Assembly (NCBI GenBank): GCA_963706595.1
Contig: OY970166.1
Coordinates: 2,272,001 to 2,336,000 of the forward strand
Origin: an uncultured cyanobacterium
GTDB taxonomy: Bacteria > Cyanobacteriota > Cyanobacteriia > Cyanobacteriales > Nostocaceae
Direction: 5' to 3'
Length of the DNA stretch: 64,000 nucleotides
The notes below the pieces were generated by a model. The model was not told the DNA's origin. It made no database searches and saw nothing but the letters and a program-made list of their open reading frames with translations. Made by a program: the position numbers and the translations under genes. Shown in pieces: positions 21,632-31,739 of the stretch (its first letter is position 1; each line of letters starts with the position of its first letter).

Positions 21632-23266
21632 ATGAAAGTTTTATTCCTGGGATTTAATCCCCAAAATCAGAAATTTCTTGATGTAAACAGAGAAGTTAAT
21701 CTTATTGAGACTGAGCTAATGAAATGTAAAGTTCGTGGTTTAGTAGTCTTTAAGTCATTCGTAAATTTGACAATTGAAGAGTTTCGAGTAAGACTATCAA
21801 ATTCTGAATACGATATCATTCATTTTTCTTGTCATGGTACATATAAAGACATCATCATTACAGATGAAAACCTTCAATATATATATATTTCTATAAGCAA
21901 GTTGACAGATTTCTTAAAAACCAAAAAAATTAAAATTAAGTGTATTATACTGAATACTTGTAATTCAAGAGATAATGCTAAGGCTTTACATCAGGAATTA
22001 GACTTGGACTACGCTATTGGTATGAACGGTTACATTCCTGATCAAACGGCAATTAAATTTTCCAGCGCGTTTTATCAAGCTTTAGGTGATGGAGAATCTA
22101 TAAAACAATCTTTCGATAGAGCTAAAGATATGATTACTAAGAACAATATATTGGGTTGTGAGATACCCTCATTAATAGACATCCCTACAGATTATGTAAC
22201 ACGAGGAGATGAACCAACTCTTCGTAATGCAATTAACAACAGAAATATTTTAATTCGCGTCAAAGGATCTAAGACAACAGGAAAATCAAGATTTATAGAT
22301 CATGTTACTCAAGGCTTAGAACCTGATAAATATCAAATAGTAAGCTTGTATATACCAGAAAATATTTGGGAAACTGTTCATGATACAAACCAGTTTTTAC
22401 AATGGTTTTGTGAAGACATAGCTCGAAAATCAGATCGAAGATATCATTGGGAACAAGGAAATGAAGACCGCTACCTGGCAAATAGCAGATTTACTTCTCA
22501 ATTTATAAAATATTTTCTATCCTCGCAAGACAGTAGAATTTTAATTCTACATTTACGGAATTTTGATAGGATTTATGATAAACCTGAAATTTATAAATTT
22601 GTTCATAATTTGTTCCTTCAATGGGTGAATGAAAGTAGTTCAATATGGAGTGGATTCCGATTGATTTTAGAATACCGCAATGAGGTATACACAGATTCTC
22701 CGTCACATTTATGGTCTAGTGCAGGGGAAACAATTATATTAAAATATTTTAATATAGAACAAGTGCAATCTTTATGGAAGCAATTTGATTTACAAGAAGG
22801 GGAAAAGGATCATCTAATCAAGCTTTTAAATGGACTAAATGGACATCCTCATTTAGTAGATTTAGCTCTTCGGCATTGCCGAAATATCTCAGAGAAAGAA
22901 CAATATGATTGTTTAAAAAACCTAGCAACGATTGCAGCAATAGATGAACTTTTGTCGAGTCATAAAAAATTTTTGAACAACAATTCAAACTTTAAAAAAG
23001 TATTCCAGGATATCCTTTCAGGATCTAACTCAAGAAACAAAGATGATCCCGAAGTTAAGCAACTACTTGATCGAGGGTTAATTATTTTTGACGGTAATAC
23101 AGTAAAGCCTAGTTGCAAGTTCTATACTGAATATTTCACTGAATATTTAAAGAAGACAATTCCACAAGACATACCCAAAAATGTTATATTGGAGCCAATT
23201 AAAAGGAGTATTAAAAAATTAATTAATCGATTAAGTACACAAACATCGAATAGGACTGCTATATAG
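21632..23266 (+). CDS. CHAT (caspase-like) protease domain + AAA_35-like P-loop domain
   Basis: IIHFSCHG and ILNTCNS dyad motifs, AIKFSSAFY; GSKTTGKS Walker A; degenerate Walker B (LHLRNFD); GHPHLV. Confidence 0.8.
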   Translation: MKVLFLGFNPQNQKFLDVNREVNLIETELMKCKVRGLVVFKSFVNLTIEEFRVRLSNSEYDIIHFSCHGTYKDIIITDENLQYIYISISKLTDFLKTKKIKIKCIILNTCNSRDNAKALHQELDLDYAIGMNGYIPDQTAIKFSSAFYQALGDGESIKQSFDRAKDMITKNNILGCEIPSLIDIPTDYVTRGDEPTLRNAINNRNILIRVKGSKTTGKSRFIDHVTQGLEPDKYQIVSLYIPENIWETVHDTNQFLQWFCEDIARKSDRRYHWEQGNEDRYLANSRFTSQFIKYFLSSQDSRILILHLRNFDRIYDKPEIYKFVHNLFLQWVNESSSIWSGFRLILEYRNEVYTDSPSHLWSSAGETIILKYFNIEQVQSLWKQFDLQEGEKDHLIKLLNGLNGHPHLVDLALRHCRNISEKEQYDCLKNLATIAAIDELLSSHKKFLNNNSNFKKVFQDILSGSNSRNKDDPEVKQLLDRGLIIFDGNTVKPSCKFYTEYFTEYLKKTIPQDIPKNVILEPIKRSIKKLINRLSTQTSNRTAI

Positions 23267-23368
23267 GATAATAACATTACAAATAATGTATTGGATTATA
23301 AAATAGTAGCACGTTTGTCAGAACCAGATAAGAGCTATCCAACAGATGATATTTAAGGAGCATACAAA

Positions 23369-25060
23369 ATGACTAACGAATCTTATTATAAAGTAGGCGG
23401 ACCTTTGTCAGAAACAGATAAAAGTTATGTGAAAAGGCAAGCAGATGATGACATTATTAACCTAGTAAAAAAAGGTGAACACTGTTATGTTTTTAACAGT
23501 AATCAAACGGGAAAAACAAGCTTAGTACAACATACTGCTAACGAATTGCAAAAAGAAGGATTTGCTTGTATTATCACCGACTTTCTCAATATGGGTAAAG
23601 GAGAGAAACAACAATGGTATAACACTCTAATTAACAACTTAAGTACAGTTAAAACAAATGATAATTCTAATGTATTATCCGAATTTGATGTAGATAATTG
23701 GCTTAACGATCAGGAAAAAAGGAATATAACTCCAGAATTTTTACTATCTACATTTATCAAAGAAGTCTTACTGGAGAAAATTCCCAAAGACAAAAATCTT
23801 GTAATTTTCATTGATGAAATTGGCAGCCTTAAAGATTTAGATTTTAGTGATGACTTTCTTGATTTTATCAGAAGCTCATACACCAATCGTGAAAATGATC
23901 CATTCTTAAAAAGATTGGTTTTTGTTTTATTAGGGGTAACAACAATTGGGAAGTTGAGAAAAGATCCTATGAAAGCTGATAATACTATTAAATCTGTAAA
24001 TTTACAGGGCTTTACAACACAAGAAGCAATAGAGGGGTTAGCTCAAGGATTAAAAGATAAAGCAGAAGATTGCGAAAAGGTTATTGAAGCTATTTTGTAT
24101 TGGACAGAAGGACAACCATTCCTAACTCAAAAATTATGTCAACTAGTCGAACAAGGTGATGACTTTATAGAACAGAATGAGGAAAAAGAATTTATTGACA
24201 AACTGGTTAAGTCATCTATCATTAATTACTGGATAGACGAAAAAATAGACGTTCCAAAGCATTTCGAGCCGATTCAAACCAAACTTCTATCTAAAGATAA
24301 AAACCGAGAAAGTCGTTTACGCTTATATAAGAGAATCTTAGATGATGAAAACCAAAATGCTGATATTGAAGTTATCTTAGAACTTCAATTGACAGGATTA
24401 TTAATTGAAAAAGACAAAAAATTAAAGATATACAATCCTATTTATAAGGAGGTATTTAACAAAGAATGGGTTGAAAGTCAGTTAACTTCCCTTAAGTTTC
24501 AATCAGAATTGTATACTCATCAGAAAAAAAGATGGCTAGAAAGCGGGAAAGACAAAAAGCATCTATTAGTTGGTGATAACTTAACTAAGGCTGAAGAATG
24601 GCAAAAAGAAAGAGCAACATTATTATCTAAAGAAGATAATGAGTTTTTGGACGAGAGTCAAAAAAATAAGGCCAGTGATAATACAAAGTGGCAGATAATA
24701 GCGGTTATTATTGCTGTGTTGCTAATAATCTTAGTCGCATTTAGTTCAATCTATCCCGGCATAGAAAAAACAAAACAAATTGAAATAGAGAAACAACAAC
24801 AAATAGAACTATCTAAAATAAAGGAAAACGCCGAATTAGAAAAATATCGAATAGATTTAGAAAAATCTAAAATAGAGGCAGAACAAAAAAGACAACAATA
24901 TCAACTAGAGGCAGAAATAAAACAATCTCAACTAGAGAGACAGAGGAACATATTCCAAAAAATATGGCACTTTTTCGTAGGGTCAATACTCTTACCAATA
25001 GAATTGGTAAAAATTCCATTTAATATAATTGGGTTTGTTATTCGTTTGGTGGTTCATTAA
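23369..25060 (+). CDS. AAA_35-like (STAND-related) ATPase with C-terminal TM + coiled coil + TM
   Basis: YKVGGPL...YVKRQAD, NSNQTGKT, VIFIDEI, WTEGQPFLTQKLC; hydrophobic IIAVIIAVLLIILVAF. Confidence 0.82.
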   Translation: MTNESYYKVGGPLSETDKSYVKRQADDDIINLVKKGEHCYVFNSNQTGKTSLVQHTANELQKEGFACIITDFLNMGKGEKQQWYNTLINNLSTVKTNDNSNVLSEFDVDNWLNDQEKRNITPEFLLSTFIKEVLLEKIPKDKNLVIFIDEIGSLKDLDFSDDFLDFIRSSYTNRENDPFLKRLVFVLLGVTTIGKLRKDPMKADNTIKSVNLQGFTTQEAIEGLAQGLKDKAEDCEKVIEAILYWTEGQPFLTQKLCQLVEQGDDFIEQNEEKEFIDKLVKSSIINYWIDEKIDVPKHFEPIQTKLLSKDKNRESRLRLYKRILDDENQNADIEVILELQLTGLLIEKDKKLKIYNPIYKEVFNKEWVESQLTSLKFQSELYTHQKKRWLESGKDKKHLLVGDNLTKAEEWQKERATLLSKEDNEFLDESQKNKASDNTKWQIIAVIIAVLLIILVAFSSIYPGIEKTKQIEIEKQQQIELSKIKENAELEKYRIDLEKSKIEAEQKRQQYQLEAEIKQSQLERQRNIFQKIWHFFVGSILLPIELVKIPFNIIGFVIRLVVH

Positions 25061-25069
25061 ATTCAGGTT

Positions 25070-25194
25070 AGAGTGTTCCAAACAATAAATGATCCAAAAC
25101 CAGAGATTGTTTCATTCTGCTCTGCTCCATACGGCTAACGCCACACTTTGCTAAGGCAATGACAACTGGGCATTTTTTTGACTTGGAACACTCT
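25070..25194. mobile_element. MITE-like element
   Basis: Perfect 12-bp terminal IR AGAGTGTTCCAA / TTGGAACACTCT. Confidence 0.55.
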
Positions 25195-25200
25195 TCATAA

Positions 25201-25300
25201 TATAGCGGTATGCACCTGAGTGAGATAAAGTCCGCCAAATCCTGTAGGGGCGCAGGGTCTGCGCCCTAGATTGTATTGCATCCAACCGATAACCGCTATA
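25201..25300. mobile_element. MITE-like element with GTAGGGGCGCAGGG-type core
   Basis: TATAGCGGT / ACCGCTATA termini; internal hairpin gggcgcag...ctgcgccc. Confidence 0.6.
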
Positions 25301-25307
25301 TTAAAAT

Positions 25308-28300
25308 TTATGGTTCTTGACAGAGTGCTTGTAGTAATGCTTCCAACCCAGATTCGCTAGTAAAATATGTGAGATGATCACAAGCAGCATCTGGTAATAT
25401 GATCGGCTCAGGAGTGCGGTTTGCATTTAAACTTTTAATACTTTCCAATGTCACCGCTATATCGTTGGGTTGTTGTAAAAATACCATATCCACTACGCGA
25501 TCTACAGATGAGCCAAACAGTTTCTGCATAAGTCGCTGTATCTGACTGGATTGTTTTCCAGGTTCAATGTCTAATGCTTCTGGACGAATTGAGCGATCGC
25601 CAGCAATAATTGTATACTGCACATTGGGGTCAGGATTTTTGACGATGCTTTCAATAAAAAGACTTTGCGGGTTCATTTGGTCTAAAGCGTTATCATTTAC
25701 TTCCAGAAATGCTACTAATCCGGCAATAATTGTTGTAGGCCAAGCCAATGAAGACATTTGGTTCAATCCAATACCAAGGGCTGTAAATGCCCAATCTTGG
25801 ATAGAAGGCCAAGGAGAACCAGCATTGGGCGTACCTAACATTACTAAGTGTTGGACAATTTGATTCCCGCCTTCCTTTTCTATAAAAGTACGAGAAACTA
25901 AACCGCCCATTGAATGGGCAACAATATGTAGTTGTTTCCCGTGGTTTGCGCCTAAACCAATCTCTTCTAATCTTTGTTTGAGTAATCTAGCGTTTTCCTC
26001 AATTGTCGTATGCAGATTTTCGTAGTCGCAGGCCAGAACTAAATCATATTTATCTCGTAGGGTTTTCTGGTGTCCATTTTCTGTAAATGTTGCCTCTTGG
26101 ACACTCGTTACTAAACTTTTTGTGTCGCCGATGATGCCATGAATAAAGAGTAAAATTTTCTCAGATTCATTAACCTTGCTTTTAATGACTTGTTTGTTGT
26201 CTTGATAAGATACACGCCCAGTTGCTGAAACTTCCGCAATCCTCACAAGTGGATAAGTAAACTCTTTTTTTAATATTGGGAACAGTAGTTTTTGGAATAG
26301 TATCTTAATTGAACCTTGTAAACTGCGACTATCTACTGTTGGTTCAGGTAGGCGTTCTAATGTAATTACTGTGTTTCCATTTACTGCCTCAGCTTTACCC
26401 ACAGGGAGGAAAAATTCACCGTCATAAGCAATTGGTAATATATATTCGTTTGATGCTAATGATTTACCAACTACTAATTTGATGGGATTCTCTGGTGTAA
26501 CACTTTCGTGGTTTTGCAAATCAATAATTTCCAAAACGCTAAACATCTCAGGACTGCGAGTTATGTTAAATTCGTATGGTTCAACCAGTATTGGTCGGCC
26601 ATCTCGTAGAAGATTAGGTTGCTCTTGTAATAAAATCGGTGGTATTAAATTACTATTAACATTCCTACTAATTGGAGGTAAGGGGTTTAAACTAAATCTT
26701 CCTTTAAAAGTTGAATGTCCTTGTAAATCAACATAAGGGAATAAAGTAGTAGACTCAGAATCTTTAATTTCTACTCCACCAGGTGGCTTTACCAAATTAA
26801 TTTTAACTTCTTGAGTCATCCAGTTATCAATATATTCATCTTCTTCTGGCTCCGTTTGACGAGTATATATGTTATTCATTAAACGGTTGAGAGCGCCTGA
26901 TAATCTTCCAGAACGATTGATAGGAGGAGGAGAATCAAGTCCTGGTTGCTGGAGCAAGCTTGCATTGAAATCTCTAGTGCTAACAATTAACTTGAAAATG
27001 GTATTGTATTCAGTAATCCCCTTATTTAAATAATCTCTTGGAATTACTAATTTTAATCTTTTACCTTCAACACTTGCACCTTCACTGCCTCTTTGCGGTA
27101 AACCTAAACTGCCTCTTTCTATAAAAAATTCAGGAATCTCTATTGCGTAATCTCCCGCAAGTTCTACTATCTGAAAATAAAGGTCGTGTTCGCTATTATT
27201 TGTAACTTGTATTTCTATTCGTGGCGGTTCCCAATTATTATTTCTAAAAGTGTATTCCCCGCGTATCTCTGAAGTTGCCTGATTTGAGGAATATTGTTGT
27301 TCTCCAGAAGTAACAATAACTTCCATCTCCACATCCCCAGCTTTAATTTGACTGGTAGGTGGAGTTTTCAATTCCAAAATATTCGTCCAACGCGCAATAT
27401 GTTCTAAACGCTTAATAATTATGTTTGCGTTTTGTCGAGTGTATCCTTGTGTATCTGGTATTTCTGGAACTGGTGCCACTAATGGACATTTATCAGCAGC
27501 TTGTATAATCCAGTATTGACCATTAGTAGCTTCTAAATAATAATCTGTATGCTCAGATGAGTCTACTTCCCGAACAAACAAAGAAGGTGTGTTACCATCA
27601 GCTGTTAAAAGTGCTTGACGAGCTTTTTCTATACCAGCATCATCACCTTGAAAAGATACCTTCAATTTTGGTAATGGTACATCTGTAACAACTGCCCAAT
27701 AAGGTACTTCTTGAGATAAATTAGTATTATCACCGCTTAATTCAACTTGACTGACTCCTGTCAATACCTGAGTAACATTAGCTCGACAAATTGCATTTGA
27801 AATTTGACGTAACTCCTCTGGTGTACTTCCCTGCTGGAAAACTGCCAATAAAGTTTCCCCTTCAGAAGTTTGGCGCACACCATGTAAAGCACCAGCGTTA
27901 ATTACCCAACTCTGATATGTTTCGCTGTCATAAGTTAGGGTAAAGTAGTTTGCGCGTTCACCTACAGCCCCACCCAAAAAACTTTGTCTTAAATCTTCTG
28001 GTGGTGCTTCTATTTGTGGCGATTGCTCATAAATTTTACCAGTTATCAAGGCATTAATATCTTGGACTAAATCTGCATAGGATAAACTGCTATTAGTGCG
28101 CTGTAATGCCTGAGTTAGAAAGTAAGAAAAAACACCACGTCGTTTACCATCTTCACCTGTGTACTCTTTTGCCGTTTGATGGGAACGACAAGCAGCGAGC
28201 GCAATATGTCTTGGTAGCTGATAATTCTCACTTAAGCGGTATCTCAGCCATTCTTGATCAAAACCAAAAATAAAATCGGTTAAATTTCTTATTGGTCCAT

Positions 28301-28823
28301 TCGCAGACGTTTGACGTTCAGTTACTTCTGGGTTTCTAGTAGCTGTGCCAGAGTGACAACAATCCAAAATAATAAGGATATGTGGATTCTTCTTGGCTAC
28401 CTGCTCAATTAAGTAGTTTAATTCCTTATCTGCTAAGTCTTGACCTCCTTCAGTCCGGCTATCATAGCAAACTAAAGTTTCCATTTTTCGGTCTGGTGTT
28501 TCAGCCCAAAATGCTTCTGGTGCTGCTTCATAGGAACCATGACCAGCATAATAAAATAATACTACGTCTTCACTGTCAGCATTGCATAAATGTTGCTTAA
28601 AACCGTCAATAATTGCCTGACGTGTTGCTAATTCGTTTGTCAGTTTCCAAGGAACTTCTGAGGTTTCAACTAATTCCCAGTTCTCCTCAGTAGCAATTCG
28701 TTCACGTAAATAAGTTTCTATTGATTCAATATCATTAAGACAACCCCTTAAAGAACTCACTCCTCTTGAGTGAGGATGGTAGTTGTTAATACCAACAAGT
28801 AAAGCATAAATTTTTTTAGTCAT
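25308..28823 (-). CDS. Caspase-like (peptidase C14) protein with C-terminal alpha/beta-hydrolase (lipase/PGAP1-like) domain
   Basis: ALLVGIN, LRGCLND, YYAGHG, LDCCHSG; C-terminal FIHGIIG, AHSMGG, LGTPNAGS, DHLTYF. Confidence 0.88.
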   Translation of the reverse strand: MTKKIYALLVGINNYHPHSRGVSSLRGCLNDIESIETYLRERIATEENWELVETSEVPWKLTNELATRQAIIDGFKQHLCNADSEDVVLFYYAGHGSYEAAPEAFWAETPDRKMETLVCYDSRTEGGQDLADKELNYLIEQVAKKNPHILIILDCCHSGTATRNPEVTERQTSANGPIRNLTDFIFGFDQEWLRYRLSENYQLPRHIALAACRSHQTAKEYTGEDGKRRGVFSYFLTQALQRTNSSLSYADLVQDINALITGKIYEQSPQIEAPPEDLRQSFLGGAVGERANYFTLTYDSETYQSWVINAGALHGVRQTSEGETLLAVFQQGSTPEELRQISNAICRANVTQVLTGVSQVELSGDNTNLSQEVPYWAVVTDVPLPKLKVSFQGDDAGIEKARQALLTADGNTPSLFVREVDSSEHTDYYLEATNGQYWIIQAADKCPLVAPVPEIPDTQGYTRQNANIIIKRLEHIARWTNILELKTPPTSQIKAGDVEMEVIVTSGEQQYSSNQATSEIRGEYTFRNNNWEPPRIEIQVTNNSEHDLYFQIVELAGDYAIEIPEFFIERGSLGLPQRGSEGASVEGKRLKLVIPRDYLNKGITEYNTIFKLIVSTRDFNASLLQQPGLDSPPPINRSGRLSGALNRLMNNIYTRQTEPEEDEYIDNWMTQEVKINLVKPPGGVEIKDSESTTLFPYVDLQGHSTFKGRFSLNPLPPISRNVNSNLIPPILLQEQPNLLRDGRPILVEPYEFNITRSPEMFSVLEIIDLQNHESVTPENPIKLVVGKSLASNEYILPIAYDGEFFLPVGKAEAVNGNTVITLERLPEPTVDSRSLQGSIKILFQKLLFPILKKEFTYPLVRIAEVSATGRVSYQDNKQVIKSKVNESEKILLFIHGIIGDTKSLVTSVQEATFTENGHQKTLRDKYDLVLACDYENLHTTIEENARLLKQRLEEIGLGANHGKQLHIVAHSMGGLVSRTFIEKEGGNQIVQHLVMLGTPNAGSPWPSIQDWAFTALGIGLNQMSSLAWPTTIIAGLVAFLEVNDNALDQMNPQSLFIESIVKNPDPNVQYTIIAGDRSIRPEALDIEPGKQSSQIQRLMQKLFGSSVDRVVDMVFLQQPNDIAVTLESIKSLNANRTPEPIILPDAACDHLTYFTSESGLEALLQALCQEP

Positions 28824-28952
28824 AGATATTTATGTCGTTTCTAACAAATCAAAAGTTTTAGTAACAGCCTTCTTCCAAAGAGTATAACAAGTAACAGCAC
28901 TAAGATAAGGGAGCATACAGTTTAGTTTAGAAAATTGTGGTTGTCTAAACCA

Positions 28953-29657
28953 TTAACTCACTGATTCTTGTACCTCGTAGTACAATCTCGCAGCTATCCG
29001 GAATAATTCTTGTCCTGTATGCAAATAACGCTCATCGTAGCTCAAAGGAAAGTAAGCTAACTCTTCTACACCATCTGCTACTTGACTGAGACTATGGTAC
29101 AGATAAGCTGCGGCTCTGGCTAAACTGGGGGGATTTGGTAAAGAACGAAAAGTAAGTTGGGCTTGCTTCAAATCGTCTCGACAGGTGTTTAAATATTCTT
29201 GAAATGCTTCTAATAATTCATCATCAAAAGGATCGGCGGCTAGTTCCTCAATTTGATCGTCTAAAGAATTAAGAATATGATCAAGTAGCTCATTGACTGG
29301 TTGATAAACTAAGCGTAGCCATTCCTCAACGTGTTCATCAGCATCTCGTCCGGTTTGTCTGGTTGTTTGGTAACGTTTTTGAGCCGATGCTGCACGCTGT
29401 TGATAACTACTATTATTTAATTTTTGCGACTCGTCTTGCAGGTGTCGGTCATAGCTGAGACGATTTTGACTATCTTTTAAAACCTCATAGGCCGCATTGA
29501 TGCGAATAATCTGCTCTTTATCTGCCGTTTGCTGATTGCTGTCAGGGTGAAACAACTTTACCAAGCGGCGATAAGATTGTTTAATCTCCGCTTGGCTAGC
29601 ATTGGCATTAACTTTGAGCGTTTCGTAGTGGTTAGAAACGTTTTTAGAATCGACCAT
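28953..29657 (-). CDS. DnaJ-domain protein
   Basis: HYETL...FHPD...INAAYEVL. Confidence 0.92.
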   Translation of the reverse strand: MVDSKNVSNHYETLKVNANASQAEIKQSYRRLVKLFHPDSNQQTADKEQIIRINAAYEVLKDSQNRLSYDRHLQDESQKLNNSSYQQRAASAQKRYQTTRQTGRDADEHVEEWLRLVYQPVNELLDHILNSLDDQIEELAADPFDDELLEAFQEYLNTCRDDLKQAQLTFRSLPNPPSLARAAAYLYHSLSQVADGVEELAYFPLSYDERYLHTGQELFRIAARLYYEVQESVS

Positions 29658-29672
29658 TTATCTAATTTAACG

Positions 29673-30634
29673 TTAACTGATACTGGCGGCTACTTTAGCT
29701 TCCAAGTCTTGGAACAAAGGTGTACTTAAATATCTTTCGCCAAAACTGGGCTGAATCATCACTATTAAGCGTCCCTCATTTTCTGGACGTTGGGCTACAC
29801 GAATGGCTGCACATAAGGCTGCACCAGTGGAAATACCAGATAGTAGCCCTTCTTCTCTGGCTAAACGCCGACCATAGGCGATCGCTTCGTCATCTGTAAC
29901 AGTAATCACTTCCGAAATCAATTCTACTTTGAGAACTTGAGGCACAAACCCCGCCCCAATTCCTTGGATTTTGTGGGGCCTGGTCGTCCTCCTGATAGTA
30001 CTGGGCTATTGGTTGGTTCAACTGCGATCGCCTGAAAACTCGGTTTACGGGCTTTCAAAACTTCCGCTACACCAGTAATCGTACCACCAGTACCCACACC
30101 TGCCACAATCATATCTACCTGACCATCAGTATCCTCCCAGATTTCTTCAGCTGTCGTTTCCCGATGCACCTTCGCATTAGCTGGATTGCGGAATTGCTGC
30201 AACATATAAGTATGTGGCGTAGTATCAACTATTGCCTGAGCGCGGCGAATTGCCCCACTCATCCCTTCAATTCCCGGTGTCAATTCTAATTCAGCCCCAT
30301 AAGCCCGCAACATCGCCCGGCGTTCTCCACTCATGGTTTCTGGCATAGTCAAAATCAACCGATAACCCTTAGCTGCTGCGGCCATAGCTAAAGCAATACC
30401 TGTATTTCCCGACGTGGGTTCTACCAAGATAGTTTTTCCCGGAGTAATTAACTTCTCTGCTTCTGCGGCGTTAATCATACTTACCCCAATGCGGTCTTTG
30501 ACTGATGCCGATGGGTTCATACTTTCCAGTTTCACCAGTATTTGCGCCACACATCCCTCAGCTTGGGGGATGCGGTTTAACTGTACTAGGGGTGTCCGAC
30601 CAACAAGTTCTGTAATGTTACGCGCAATCTTCAT
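29673..30634 (-). CDS. cysK: Cysteine synthase A; -1 frameshift at ~29975 (probable sequencing error)
   Basis: SVKDRI PLP lysine, [24 protein letters not shown]; adding one base to GGGG 29975-29978 restores [10 protein letters not shown]. Confidence 0.95.
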
Positions 30635-30685
30635 AATTATTCCTTATCTATTTAGTTATCAATGAACAGTCAAAAATACTTCGGG

Positions 30686-31123
30686 TTAAATGTAGTACAT
30701 AATATCCAATTGCCGGCGGGAATCTCTTTTTTCACAAAGATCCTGAAGTGTGTAGTTTTGCAAAACTAAGTTCGCCGCCTGACAAGCTTCTTGCCAGATT
30801 TCCTTAATCACAGAAGTATCGATACTTTTGGGATTGGCATCTTCTTCACAGGTTCGCACATCTAACCCTTCCAAACATTCTAAAACATCGAAGACCGTAA
30901 TTTTCCAAGGTTCACGAGTCAAAAAATAGCCACCTTTAGAACCGCGTTGACTTTTGACTATACCTCCGCGTCTCAAAGTCGCCAGTAGCTGTTCTAAATA
31001 GCGGTCAGGTATGCTTTGTTGGGCGGCGATTTGGCGAATTTGCATCGGTTCGCCGCTTTGATAATGAGTTGCCATTTCGATTAAGGCGAGAATGGCGTAT
31101 TCAGATTTACAGGATAGTTCCAC
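30686..31123 (-). CDS. Rrf2/CymR-family transcriptional regulator
   Basis: YLEQLL..LR..G.V.SQRG..GGY; directly upstream of cysK; likely GTG start 31123. Confidence 0.9.
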   Translation of the reverse strand: MELSCKSEYAILALIEMATHYQSGEPMQIRQIAAQQSIPDRYLEQLLATLRRGGIVKSQRGSKGGYFLTREPWKITVFDVLECLEGLDVRTCEEDANPKSIDTSVIKEIWQEACQAANLVLQNYTLQDLCEKRDSRRQLDIMYYI

Positions 31124-31421
31124 AAGCAGCAATATGAGTAAGGGAGCAAAAAAAGTCTTAACTTTTCTAGTATACTCCGGTTCTCCACTGGGGTTTGTTC
31201 TTTAATCTGATTTATAGCAACCGCCAAGGACGTTAAGACCTAAACGGATAATCAAACTTAGACACCATTCGGGTTTTAACCCACTCCCCAGAAGAAGCAG
31301 GGGAGCAGGGTGCAGGCTTGCCCTGAGCGCAGTCGTAAAGCCTACGGCATAGCTGCGCTTAGAGCGAAGCTTCCCGAAGGTTAGGGGAGTAAGGGGGAGT
31401 AATAAATTATTTTAAACTTCC

Positions 31422-31589
31422 GGTTAGTTAACCTGACTTTTCACGGGATCTGGAAAACCTCGCTTCCATTTCTCTCCCCTTGCAGGGGAGAGGCTTTGAA
31501 TTTTCCCCCTTCCCTGGTAGGGAAGGGGGCTAGGGGGTTAGGTTTCGGTTTGGTTTTTCCACATGACGTGAAAAGTGAGGTTAGTTAAC
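31422..31589. mobile_element. MITE with 16-bp TIR and flanking direct repeat
   Basis: AACCTGACTTTTCACG (31430-31445) / CGTGAAAAGTGAGGTT (31567-31582), 1 mismatch; GGTTAGTTAAC at both ends; internal REP-like hairpins. Confidence 0.7.
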
Positions 31590-31739
31590 AAGCATTCTTC
31601 CTCTCCCCTGCCCCCTGCCCCCCTGCCCCTTTTCCTCTTCTCCCCACTCCCCACTCCCCAGCTAGACAACAAAAAGCCCCACATGATAGCGGGGCGCAAT
31701 AAAGTTTCAGTTTCAATTTTTTAGCAGATTTGCAAGACT

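Noticed and set aside
23276..23287. ATTACAAATAAT matches part of the CRISPR repeat
   Set aside because: Only 12 AT-rich bases, with no hairpin or GAAAC end; likely chance
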